Source of the DNA: Eledone cirrhosa
Taxonomy: Eukaryota
NCBI GenBank assembly: GCA_964016885.1
Contig: OZ024740.1
Location: 31,186,001-31,250,000, forward strand
Length of the DNA stretch: 64,000 bases
Direction: 5' to 3'
This document shows positions 1-12,710 of this stretch, piece by piece. The notes beneath the pieces were generated by a model. It was not told the origin of the DNA and did not search any database. It saw only the letters and a program-made list of their open reading frames with translations. Made by a program: the position numbers and the translations under genes. How positions within the stretch are numbered: position 1 is the stretch's first letter; each line of letters opens with the position of its first letter.

Positions 1-13
1 ATTTTTTTCATTT

Positions 14-1129
14 GATCATCATCATTCGTTTAACGTCCATTTTCCACGCTAGCAAGGGTTAGACGGGAGTTGTCCCACTTGAGGCAAAGTTGGTCGGGCG
101 ACCATGTCTCGCTCATATAGGACTATCTGGCAGGTTTTCTACAGCTGGATGCCCTTCCTAACACCAACCACATTTACAGTGTGGAACTGGGAACTTTTTA
201 CCGTGTTACCTACACGACCACATTACAGCGTGGACTGCGTTTTTTTTCTCGTGACACCTACACGATCTTGATCTCATTTATCTCATTTATTTGGATTGGA
301 TGTTGTGGTACCAGCTTTATAGAGAGAGGGTGGTGGGAGGATAGGGTAGGGGTAGTGGATTGGGGTGTATATTTGGTTAAGAGGTGCCTACTGACTGTAG
401 GTTTCGCTTTGTACATAGGAAAGGCGGGTCTTCTGTATTACTGCATAGCGCCAAAGATCTCGGTCCTGTGACATTGTCTTAGAGAGGTGCAAGTGTGTAA
501 GGTCGGAATTTATCAGATCATCCCAGGTTTTTCTGGGTCTACCTACTCCGTAACTACCATCAATTTTGATCGCCCTGCACTTTTTTTAGACAGCTGTCGT
601 CTTTCATGCGCATCACATGGCCATACCAACGTAGTCTTCTCTCGAGTAAACAGCATCTGATCCCTCTTATTCATAATTTCTCACTTAGTTCATTTATGCT
701 TTGCCGTTCACGTATATTACTATTACACATCCAATGGAGCATGCATGCTTCGTTCCTTTCCAGTCTACGCAGGTCCTCTGCACGCAATGCCCATGTCTCA
801 CTGCCATGTAGCATTGCTGTTCGTATACAAGCATCATACAATCTGCTTTTCATTTTTAGAGAGAAACCGTTTGTGGCCAACAGCGGTATAAGCTCTCTGA
901 ACTTTTTCCATCCCGTTCTGACTCTGGCTACTGTACTTTCAGAACACCCTCCACCACTGCTGATTTTGTCACCCAGGTAATGGAAAGTGTCTACTATTTC
1001 TATAGAACCATCTTGGCAATAGAAGGGGCTAGTATCCTGTGGACACTTGCTACCTATTTCACCTGAGCATCGGCCACATATAAAGTCTACGTTCTTAGAT
1101 AGTTTACCTGTGATCCCACTACATCCCAC
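14..1129 (-). mobile_element. RTE-clade LINE, 5'-truncated (family B)
   Basis: ORF with FHYLGDKISSGGG...RTGWKKFRELIPLL...LYDACIRTAMLHGSETW, 3'UTR and (GAT)n tail at about 14-25. Highly similar to 26753-29146 and 50975-51811. Confidence 0.92.
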
Positions 1130-1168
<39 letters not shown>

Positions 1169-1197
1169 TTAGTTAAGCAAAACAAGACCACAAATTT

Positions 1198-2963
1198 CAC
1201 AAGGAAGACATTATTAAAAGATTGTCAACATATTTTAGTTTGATGTAAGGAATGTAGAGAATAAGAATAATAATAATAATATTAATAATAATTGTTTCTA
1301 CTTTAGGCACAAGGCCAGCAATAACCCAGTGTATTACTGGTACTTTATTTTATCGACCCCCGTGAGGATGAAAGGCAAAGTCAACCTCAGCGGGATTTGA
1401 ACGCAGATCGTAAAGGGACGTAACTATGCTGGAAAGCATGGCGTCCGACCCTCTACCGATGCTGCCAATCAACCGCCTAATAATATGAATAATAATAATG
1501 TCCGTTTACAATTGTTTCGCTACTCTATATAAACATCTTATCTAAACCCCCCCCCCCCCCCCCCAAACCATAGATATTACAAACTCTTTAATAAAAATAA
1601 CATTAAAATCTCATTCTCCACAACACCTAACCTAGCTAGTCACATCGCATTCAGTAACCATCATAAACTAAGACAGTATAACTCCCACACCGCGGTACCA
1701 CCACCTCCATCAAATACACCACGCCACTACACCAATAATTACTCTAGTAGCACACCTCCCCCATCTAATCCTTCTAGCACGGACCTACCGCTTAGGTTAA
1801 ACTACCCTACTCTCACTAACCGCAGAAGCAACTGCAACTGCCGTTACCCCAATGCATGCCCATTAAATGGACACTGCCTGACACCCAACATAGTCTATAG
1901 GTGCACGGTTAAAATTGCTTCGAATACCAGCTCTTATATCGGGTCTACCTCTAACCCTTTTAAGGTACGCTATAACGCGCACTCTTTTTCCTTCCGAGAC
2001 CCTAGCAACAGATGTTCGAAATCGCTAGCTAGGCTCATTAAAAACCTTAAATTAAACAACGTTCAACACTCACTAAAATGGGATATCGTGGCTAGGGCTC
2101 AACCGTTCAATGGACGAAGAAAATCTTGTGATCTCTGTATTACCGAAGCATATTACATAACTCTATCACGACCTCTACCGATTAACGATAGAACGGAGGT
2201 AACCATTAGCTGTCAACATCGAAGGGCTAATTCCTTCGCCAATAGAATATTTGACCCAACTTAGTCATCTAGCCCCATTTTTACTTGTAGCTAATAAGTT
2301 AAATTGCTATGAACAACTTAGATAATTATAAGTTACCTCCCCTACATTGTCTCTCAATTAAAAAAATTTTAAATTAGCACTTAACTATAAATACCCACAA
2401 TGTCTAATCTCCCGAGGAGTTACTTCCCTTGAAACTACCCTCTAATTAGTAAGGTAAATATGTCCTTTGGCAGCCATCTTGTTACCCATAGGCAGATCTC
2501 ACACAATGCAGCCTCGACAGATGAATACTGCTTGATTATGGCTGACAACTGATGCAACCAAGACACCATAGTAAAAAACCAATATATGGAACATTATATT
2601 ATGTAACATTCTCTCATTATTTTAATTTATATTCCTTTGAAGTTCCGATGAGCCGCTCTGTCTTTTAAATATGTTAATTATTTTCAACTGAACCAGATCA
2701 ATTATGATATATAGTCATCTGATCCAGAAATATTATATGGAATAGCGAAACAATTGTAAACGGACATTATTATTATTAATATTATTATTATTATTATTCT
2801 CTACATTCCTTACATCAAACTAAAATATATTGACAATCTTTTAATAATGTCTCCCTTGTGAGCACATGCCTTTACGCTTTGGCTTCTAACTAATTCACCA
2901 ATCTCTCCTCTCATATCTCCTCTCCTATTTCCATCTCTCTCTTTAAGATTCGTTACTCTTGAA

Positions 2964-2970
<7 letters not shown>
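1198..2970 (+). mobile_element. Penelope-like element 3' fragment (GIY-YIG) with inverted pseudo-LTR
   Basis: About 1820-2264 reads NCNCRYPNACPLNGHCLTPNIVYRCTVK...SSYIGSTSNPFKVRYNAH...CDLCITEAYYI...CQHR*. 1198-1521 (interrupted by a SINE) is the reverse complement of 2743-2860. Confidence 0.85.
1292..1478 (-). mobile_element. tRNA-derived SINE with Meta-domain-like core (further copies 3001-3192 -, 3201-3380 -, 11672-11845 +, 36707-36850 -, 38568-38746 +)
   Basis: Near-identical dispersed copies with A box TGGCAG..., B box GTTCAAATCC and core CCTTTCATCC...GGGGTCGATAAAATAAAGTACCAGT. Confidence 0.85.
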
Positions 2971-3003
<33 letters not shown>

Positions 3004-4059
3004 GTTTCTACTTTTGGTACAAGGCCAGCAATTATCCCAGTACATTACTGGTACTTTATTTTATCGACCCCATAAGGATGAAAGGCAAAGTTAACCTCAG
3101 CGGGATTTGAACTCAGACCATAAAGGGCCGTAACTCTTTGCTGCAAAGCATGGCGTCCGACCCTCTACCTATACTGCCAATCCACCGCCCTTATATATAT
3201 AATTGTTTCTACTTTTGGCATAAGGCCTGCAATTAACCATTACATTACTGGTACTTTATTTTATCGACCCCGTAAGGATGAAAAGCAAAGTTAACCTCGG
3301 CGGGATTTGAACTCAGATCGTAAAGGGACGTAACTATGCTGGAAAGCATGGTGTCCGACTCTCTACCTATACTGCCAATCCTCAATTATTGTAAGTTAGT
3401 TCTAAATTTACTTTTGTAGCTGACAATTTAATATGATATTCAATAGGATCGTTACCTTTAACATTTTTTAAATGTTAAAGTAGAAATAGCCCAAATTTAT
3501 AGTACCATAAAGTCCTAAACTTGGAAATTCCCATAGTTAATCTGTATTATTATTTATATTATAAAGGTAAACAGACTGAGACTAAAAGAGTATTGATCTA
3601 CCAAGTCCCTATTTCATGAGTTCAAAATTGTGGAAAGTGTGTTTCAAATCAAATAATTGTCAGGAATATGAAAATCTGGGAGTGTTACCTGGAATAGAAT
3701 GGTCTCCTATCCGTAGTTAAACACTGGAGATCAGGAATGCCTCAGAAAACTAAGGAGACATTTACACACTTTTTAATCAATTTTATTGGAAACTAACCTT
3801 GCTGCATTTCACACATTTTTTTAATAAGAAAATGATGATTGATTTTAAATCAGTGATATAATTTATGGAGAAAAACTCTGCATTTCAATATTACCCAATG
3901 TAAAATGTAATGCATGAAAAATTGGAAAACATTATTTTTTGTAATATATCAAATCAAAATTACATTATTAAATCTTATTCTTATTTTGTTTCTTGTAAAT
4001 AATTTTTTTCAAAATATCAGTTCAAAACTTTTGTGAATAGGTATCATATCTTGTCATTT

Positions 4060-4276
4060 ATCTATGGTTTAAATTTCATATAAATCGAAGGGAAAAGATT
4101 TTCAGCGGGGGTTTGTGCCCCCGGGAACCCTTTGATTAAAATGAAATATACTTATCCAAGTACCCTGAGCAATGTAGTTTCAGAATATATATGGTTATGG
4201 GGGTCTATCTCCAAAACCATGGGAGGAGTTCATGAACAAACAAACAGACAGGAACTACAACTTTATATATAGAGAT
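4060..4276 (-). mobile_element. Helitron-like non-autonomous 5' end
   Basis: Minus strand begins TCTCTATATATAAAG...CTGTCTGTTTGTTTGTT, the same style of 5' end as the Helitrons at 10243 and 10742. Confidence 0.5.
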
Positions 4277-4916
4277 TATTTACCTAAAGGCATCCAGCCA
4301 TATAAAACCTACCAAGGACTCTTCAGCTGTGGCTTTATATTACAGTCTTCCTAGTGCTGGTATCATTATAAAACACTCCTGGTGCACTTTGTTGAGTATG
4401 GGAACATGTAACGAGAATCGGGCCCTTAGCCCATTTGAGAGATCAGTAGTTGTGATTAAGTACTAACCTGGTCTTGTGATGACATGTCCAACTCTTGCTA
4501 GCTGGGGAAAATGGTCATTAAATGATGATGACACATATTCATATACTTGTGGATACAACATTTTTGTTTCATTATTTTTTGCATTAGAATCTGATGTTGC
4601 AGAACAAGATTTCTATGAAATACCTGATTGAAAACTTATTGATTTAATGAACAATTAGCAACCATGGATAATGTGTTTGTGGTTATGCTGTAGTTACCAT
4701 TCAACAAGTTTGAAATAAGTAGAATTGATAGAAATAATTGGATATGCAATTGAAATGAGCTAGCTTTATCTATTTCAAGATCACTAGCCTTTAAAGAAAT
4801 ATAGAATACAACCTATCAATCTGACATGCTTATAAAATTCAATTATGCCTCTCACACTCTTTCTTCTGTACATTATTAATAACTTGCTTGCTGTCACCAA
4901 TGATCACTCCTATTCA

Positions 4917-5097
4917 CAGGATTGGATTAACAATTAAGCAAAATAATGACATGCTTAAGGTGTCAAGGGAATAGAGGCACCATTTTAGTCAGATTAAATG
5001 TATTTGTCATTCAAAAAAATATATTTTTGCAGACTATATATAGGGGTTCCTAATGTTTTAAGTGCTCAGGGCCTCAAAAGGACTTGATCGAGCCCTG
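4917..5097. mobile_element. Possible hAT-type MITE, degenerate
   Basis: Termini CAGG(ATT)GGATT ... GATCGAGCCCTG resemble CAGGGCCGGATT-type TIRs. No clear TSD. Confidence 0.3.
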
Positions 5098-5229
5098 CCA
5101 TTTCAGATGATACCACATTTAATTCCTTTTTAACATTTTGTGCAAATGCATCATACACATGTAACTTAGACATCTTGTGAAAAAACTAAATGACCTTTAT
5201 GAACATAAACCTCAGAAACATACACAACT

Positions 5230-5700
5230 AAGGACATGGCAATCTTGTCTCTTTTAATAGCTCAAAAAGACACTATCTTCCCTCATATTAAACTAACTTC
5301 AAAAAAATCCTTTGATCATGTTTGGCATGGATTTTGTGGCAGGTGTTGAGGAATTACTTCAACAACAACCTCATATGTAGTAATCTAAACACAGTACAAA
5401 AAGTCAAACAGTGCAGTTCTCCTAAATAACAACATTGGAAATTTCTTCAGGACAACAATTGGATTTTGACAAGGATGTCTCTTCTTTCCAGTAGTTTTCA
5501 GTATCTTTCTGGAAAACATCATGTAAGAGACTTTCTGGTACTTCCACATCTCCATTTTTATTGGAGGATGGTTCTTTTTTAACCTATGTTTTGCTAGCAG
5601 AGAAAACAGATGTTAAATCATGATGATGATAGGCCTGATAGGAATCAGTGAAGCAAACTTTTAGGAGTTCACCACCAGACAGGAAAGAGTGTCAGGAGTG
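5230..5700 (+). mobile_element. Old RTE-like reverse transcriptase fragment
   Basis: Broken frames read KKSFDHVWH...AVLLNNNIGNFFRTTIGF*QGCLFFPVVFSIFLENIM...NLCFA. Confidence 0.65.
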
Positions 5701-6177
5701 TACAGAATGGAGATCAACTCAGAAAATAGCAAATTTCAGGTTATTAGTCATAATCCAAATATGCAACCAATGTCAACACCGCAACCCTTCTGTGAATAAG
5801 AGTGGACAGGGTCCATTGGCAACTGTGAAAAAGTCTAGAGTAGCACCCACAAAACTGGCTGCACAGGTTACAGGGACTTGATTGAATTAATTGATTGCAT
5901 TAAATATGCTAACACTAACTTAACTATTAGTTTTCTCACCGATGGTGTCCCTAAATAATTAACCTCAGCAATAATTGTTTTTATTCTGATATTGAATATT
6001 TTAGTGCTGTTTGATGGTTAACATTTCCGATAATGTACTGAATGTTTAATGAAGACACTAACATTAAATTTCCAGACAAGATAGGAAATATTGATCAAAT
6101 TTCACAGCTTCTTTATCAATATTGATACTCTTCTAAGTAAGATAGGCAGGCACAAAAGGTCAATATGGTGAGTTTCT

Positions 6178-6540
6178 GAGAGCTAATATACTAACCATCT
6201 GGAGAACTTTTGAGGGCTAATTTACTAACAATCTGGAGAACTTTTGAGTGCTAATTTACTAACAATCTGGATAACTTTTGAGAGCTAATTTACTAACAAT
6301 CTGGAGAGCTTTTGAGAGCTAATATACTAATAATCTGGAGAGCTTTTGAGAGCTAATATACTAACAATCTGGAGAGCTTTTGAGAGCTAAAATTGTCTGT
6401 AGAACTTCTAAGAACTAATTTTGTAACAATCTGGAGAACTTTTGAGAGCTAATATTATAGCAATCTAAAGAGCTTTTGAGATCTCCTGTAACAAACTGGA
6501 GAGCTATGAATTTGTATAGAAAAAATTTTGAAAGCTAAAA
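6178..6540 (+). repeat. 34-bp minisatellite, about 10 degenerate copies
   Basis: Unit GAGAGCTAATATACTAACAATCTGGAGAGCTTTT (e.g. starts at 6314 and 6348). Confidence 0.9.
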
Positions 6541-6761
6541 ATTACAATAATTATATTATACAATACCATCTGTCACTATTATTGATAGCAACCCACCTGA
6601 AATTTTCCATGGTTCTATAATGCAAAACCACCCCTTTTAAAGTGTTCATATTTATATTAAAACATTCCATCATAATTTAATGCCTCAATCATCAGCTTAA
6701 TTATGAAAAATATTAGTTATATTAATAAATCCTTCGAAATTCATGATTATACACATTCACA

Positions 6762-6880
6762 GTGATAGAAGGTACGAGGCTGAATTAAGTGCAAGAATTG
6801 TGGGAGCTGGTGCAGTAATCTGCCAACTTCATCATTCGGTAATCAGAAAAAAGGAGGTATATGTAAAAGCTAGACTCAGT
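6762..6880 (+). mobile_element. RTE (Rex3/Expander-like) ORF fragment
   Basis: DRRYEAELSARIVGAGAVICQLHHSVIRKKEVYVKARLSI resembles the RTE post-RT segment EI..RI..A..V...L...V..KKE....KL.IY. Confidence 0.55.
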
Positions 6881-7510
6881 ATTATGGTTGCGAGGAGTGT
6901 CCGCGTGTAATTAGATATTGATCGTACTGTAATGGAGTGCCTGGATGTGTGTTGTCGTTTTAATGTCACTATTGGAAAAGTGTTGTGGTACATACTTATT
7001 TAAGAGTAAACATGTGTAAAGGGTTGGGTAGGTGCAAGGTGAGCTGCTTATGTGCTGGTTGCGTGTACAGTTAATTTTGTATTGTTGAATGATGGGATGT
7101 ACATTTAAGTGTGGCCCGAGTGTGTGTTTCAATAAGCACTAGTTCTGTGTATATTTCTGGATGCTGGTGTGGTCTGCTAGTGACATTTGGGTGGAGTTGT
7201 GCTCATTAGTGTTACCTAAGGTTTCAAAGTTCAGGTCTCATACCTGATTGAGTACTCTTTTCCTTTTTAACATTCACATATATATATAAGGCAAACAGAA
7301 ATAACAAAGCAAATAACACAGTACAATGAGGAAATATATTATTAGTTTTATGATGTGTGTGTGTGTGCGTGTGTTCATTTTTTTGACATCAGAAGAACTG
7401 TGTCAAGAAACTTATAAGTAGTGATAGAGTGAATCATCAACGTCAAATAAAGAAATCCAACCACATGTATTGAATATGTTTCACATTTGTCTATCCCCAA
7501 AATGCTGTTT

Positions 7511-8522
7511 CATCATCATCATCATCATCATCATCACCGTTTTACGTCCGTTCATCCACGCTAGCATGGGTTAGACGGGTTGTCCTGTTGTGGGCAGTGT
7601 CCGGTCGGCTGACCATGTCTTGCTCATATGGGAACTGATTCTGGCTTGATTTCTACAGCTGGATGCCCTTCCTAACACCAACCTCATTTACAGTGAGGGC
7701 CAGGTGCCTTTTTTCCGTGGCGCCTACATGACCACTTTGCAGTGGGAGGGTGTGGGGGCATATTGTCTAGATGCTTCAGCTTCGGCTTGTACCTGTGGGG
7801 GGTCAGGTATTCTGTATTACTGCGTGACGCCAGAGGTCACGGTCGTGTGTCATCGCCCTTGAGAGGTGCAATTGAGTAAGGTCGGCTTTTATCACCTCAT
7901 CCCAGGTCTTTTTGGGCCTCCCCACTCCGTGGTTTCCATCGACTTCTAGTGCTCTGCACCTTTTTATGCAGCTGTCATCCTTCATATGCATCACATGTCC
8001 ATACCAATGCAACCGCCTCTCCTGCACACAGCATTTGATTCCTCTTATGCTCAGTCTCTCTCTCAATTCATTTATGCTTTGCCGTTCGTGTATATTACTA
8101 TTACACATCCATCGGAGCATGCAGGCTTCGTTTCTTTCTAATCTACGCAAGTCTTCCACAGACAGCGCCCAGGTCTCACTACCATGTAACATTGTTATTC
8201 GTATACACGCATCATACAGTCTGCCTTTCATTTTGAGGGAAAAGCCTTTTGCAGCTAGCAGTGGCATAGCTCCCTGAACTTCTTCCATCCCATTCTTACC
8301 CTAGTTATTGTACTTTCTGAACACCCACCTCCGCTGCTAATTCGGTCACTTAGGTAGCAGAAGCTGTCTACTGTTTCTACAGAACCCTCCCAGAGATTGG
8401 TGGTACTTGTTTCCTGTGGCTGTTTGCTGCTTGCTGTCCCAGCACAGCTGCTACATGTGAAGCCTACATTCTTAGTTAAGCTTCCTAAGATCCCGCTACA
8501 TCTCTTGTGTACCCATTTGTAC
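7511..8522 (-). mobile_element. RTE LINE, 5'-truncated (family A)
   Basis: WVHKRCSG...RLYDACIRITMLHGSETW...RRLHWYGHV...GRPKKTW, with 3'UTR and (GAT)n tail. Confidence 0.92.
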
Positions 8523-9443
8523 ATTCAAATTCATTGTATTAAATGATTTGGTACATTGATTATTATGTTATAGAAGGATAATCTGTATTAAAAAAAATGA
8601 TTCATAACCTTTTTTTTTTAAATGTTTGAGTTTATTAAAACTAGCCTTCTAAAGTTCGTTGACATATTTTCTAGGTTGTGTCAAAACCAAGCTGTACTAC
8701 TGGTAATATTTCAACCAGGAAATTGGTTGTTAAAATCAAGCTTGATTGAGTTGATATATGATCAAAGGCACTTAAGCTATGACCATACATTTGTTTAATT
8801 AACAAATGTCGCCTATGTGTGTGTGTGTTTTAAAGAGAGATTTGGCTGCAGTTTCTAGCAAATCAAGTGACTACATAGAGGTCGGTTATTTCACTGATTA
8901 AAATTTGGTTGTTTGTTGTAGCTGGAGATCTTTCTTTGTGTGCCCTTGCAGGCGACAGGGCTAGGGTTGGATTAGGCTTAGGGTTAGGGTTTACAATTAG
9001 ATGCTTTCTCAGTCAAATAGTACAATGTTATGACCCATCATCTTCCCCAATAACAATATTTATCAATTTTAATAATTATTACTTGATTAATGAAGTGCTT
9101 TACATAAACATGTTTCTTTCTGTACTTTATACATTCTATAGTTCAAATCCTTCCAATGTCAACTTTGCCTCTCATTTTTCCAGAGTGGATAAAAGAAAGT
9201 GCTAGTCAAGTACTGGGGGATTTACTCAACTTTGTCCTTTCCCCCAAATTTGCTGGTCTTGTGCCTACATTAAAAATCATTATTATATGCATATGTGTAT
9301 ATATTATTCTCCCCCCCTATTGGGGATTTTTTTTTTTTTTTTTTGTTACATCTTTTGTTTTTGTTTTATACTCATTTTTACATGCAGAAACCCACATTAT
9401 ACTGTCCTGTGCAGTCCTTAATGGTTTTTTTGTAAACCCTTTA

Positions 9444-9774
9444 TCTCCTTATAATATATAACCAGCAATTTCTCTGTTTGTCTGTCTGTCCGACAGTGGA
9501 AACACGTGCACGCGTGCGAATGTTTTTTGCGCACGCGTAGAGAGAGAGTGAGAGTGAAAGAAAGAGACAGACTACAAGAGGGGGATAGCGGGAGGGAGAG
9601 AGGGGGGAATTGAGGAGTGCTACAGAAACATATATACATTTCTGTGTGTGTGTAATATATATATATATACACACACAGAAATATATATATATACACACAG
9701 AAATATATATACATTTCTGTGTGTGTAATATATATATATATACACACAGAAATATATATACATTTCTGTGTGTA

Positions 9775-9805
<31 letters not shown>

Positions 9806-9833
9806 GAAATATATATACATTTCTGTGTGTGTA

Positions 9834-9866
<33 letters not shown>

Positions 9867-10741
9867 TAAATATATGGGCATTTCTCTGTTTGTCTGTCTG
9901 TCTGTCTGTCCTTCCCTAAAACTCAAATGTAGGTGCTACAGAAATATTACCTTCCCCTTCCTTTCTCCACTTTGGTACTACCAAGAGAAACACTGTCGCT
10001 ATAGAAACATTACCTTCCCCTCTCCACTGACTTTGGTCACTGAGGCCGAGGGAATCGCTGGTTGCTATAGAGACACCTTGCACAAGCCAGAAGTAACCAG
10101 TTCGAGTCGGTTCTGACTTGACACCATGCCAAGGACCATTTGAAGAAGGTTGCCATTGAATTTGTGGTTTGAAGAAGGTTGCCATTGAATTTGTGGTTGT
10201 TGCTGCTGATAATAAGGACCATTTGAAGAAGGTTGCCATTGAATCTACTTATAATATATAATGGGCATTTCTCTGTTTGTTTGTCTGTCTGTCTGTCTGT
10301 AAAAAATGCCAAGGAAACAAATAGACGCGGTTTCAAATCTCTATGCTTTTCAAATTCATTACATTAATCTTTATTTATACGTTTCGCTTTACGAGTGTTT
10401 CGACTTACGAGTGTTTCGGCTTATGATTATATATAAACGTTTCTATTTCCATCGTTTTATCGTAAACGTTTATATATTTCCATCGTTATATCATAACGTT
10501 TATGTATCATAACTTTTATATTTCCGTCACTAATCTCTTTTTCTCCTTTTTCGTTTTAACATATATTTATTTCAAAGATTTCACCGTATAGATAACATAT
10601 ATATTTATACATGCATAAAAGACACACCGAGAGACGGTGAACATGTGGTGCCGAAAACATTTCTCATCCAAATCTCAACAATATCAGTATATACACTAGA
10701 TTTGCTAGCAGAAAACCGCCCACTGGATGGTTTTCTGCTAG
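9444..10741 (+). mobile_element. Non-autonomous Helitron(s) with repeated 5' ends (9444, about 9870, 10243)
   Basis: 5' TC..TATAATATATAA..CATTTCTCTGTTTGTCTGTC. 3' hairpin CTAGCAGAAAACC...GGTTTTCTGCTAG ending CTAG|T at 10741. Confidence 0.7.
9625..9870. repeat. Minisatellite of self-complementary ACACAGAAAT(AT)nCATTTCTGTGT units
   Basis: About 5-6 tandem palindromic units inside the Helitron. Confidence 0.8.
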
Positions 10742-11653
10742 TCTATATATATAAAACTGAGGATGTCTGTCTGTGTGTGTGTGAGTTCGAATCCCTAAAA
10801 CTCGAGAACCACCCAACCGACTGTTTTCAAACTTTACACATGTAATACTTATGTTTCAGGGAGTGTTCTGAGCAAACAAAATTTTAAATGTTCTATGCCC
10901 TAGGGACCGCATTAGGCGATTTAGCGATCTCGCTCTATAATTCTTAGTCTTTCTCTTTTTAGGTAGATACATACATATAACGTCGCGCCCTTATAATATC
11001 TGTCTGTATTACATCACTTCCCTGAGGATGTCTGTCTCTGTGTGTGTGTCTGTGAGTTTGAATCCCTAAAACTCGAGAAGTACCCAACCATTTTTTTTAA
11101 AACTTTACATGTGTATTACTTATGTTTCAGGGAGTGTTATGCACATAAAATAATTCAACTTTTTTTATCTCCTAGGGCCCACATTAGGTGAAAGACTGCG
11201 TTTTTTAACATTTTTAGGGGTTTTTTGAGGCGTTATGTCAGACCGATTTCCTTGAAATTGTAACTATGTATTAGTCAGTCTCTTCTTCATACCGTAAGCA
11301 AAGAAAATCCAACTTTTTTATGGCCTAGGGCCCGCATTAGGTGAAAAACTTAATTTTTTCAGCTTCTTAGGGTTTTTTGGAAGCGTTACGTCTAGCCGAT
11401 TTTCCCGAAATTTCAAGGCATATTATGCACATAAAAAAAATTCATTTTCTTGATCCACTAGGGCCCGCATTAGGTGAAAACCTGCATTTTTCCTGCTTTA
11501 TCGAGGAAAATCTTAAAGATTATCCAGTCATCAGAGTATTCGGTTTATTTTCTTTACATATTGTCCAGGCATGCAGTTTTTCCATGATTAGGTCTGTTGG
11601 CAGCCCGCGGCCCAAAATACCTTATCCCGTGCAACGCCGGGTACCACTGCTAG
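10742..11653 (+). mobile_element. Non-autonomous Helitron with internal repeats
   Basis: Starts TCTATATATATAAAA; internal repeats CTAGGGCCCGCATTAGGTGAAAA; 3' hairpin CCCGTGCAACGCCGGG then CTAG|T at 11653. Confidence 0.85.
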
Positions 11654-11842
11654 TAGTCAATAAAGGGTAAGTGGATTGGCAGAGGGTTGGACACCATGCT
11701 TTGTAGCATAGAGTTACGTCCCTTTACAGTCTGAGTTCAAATCCCGCCAAGGTTAACTTTACCTTTCATCCTTACAGGATTGATAAAATAAAGTACCAGT
11801 AATGCACTGGGTAATTACTGGCCTTGTGCCTAAAGTAGAAAC

Positions 11843-11843
11843 A

Positions 11844-11887
<44 letters not shown>

Positions 11888-11894
11888 CATCATT

Positions 11895-11941
<47 letters not shown>
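11843..11941. repeat. Compound (ATT)n(ATC)n microsatellite
   Basis: Direct reading; abuts two retroposon tails. Confidence 0.95.
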
Positions 11942-12167
11942 AACCATTTTACGCCTGTTTTCGAAGCAGGCATGAGTTGGATAATTTGTCATATTCTGTA
12001 ATTAGACAGGTCAGAAACCCATATATTGTGGCATGGTTTCTATGGCTGGATGCCCTTCCTAATGGCAACAACTTTACAGCATGTACTGGGTGCATTTTAT
12101 TATGACACCAGCACTACTAATTAGCAGTGCTAACTGGGTGCATATATGTATATACACACACACATAC

Positions 12168-12710
<543 letters not shown>

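Noticed and set aside
1820-2264. Selenocysteine-encoding PLE (reported for some Naiads)
   Set aside because: Cys positions use TGC/TGT, with no in-frame TGA and no clear SECIS seen.
6763-6856. Apparent AG...GT-bounded host exon
   Set aside because: The translation matches an RTE post-RT segment, so it is a TE remnant.
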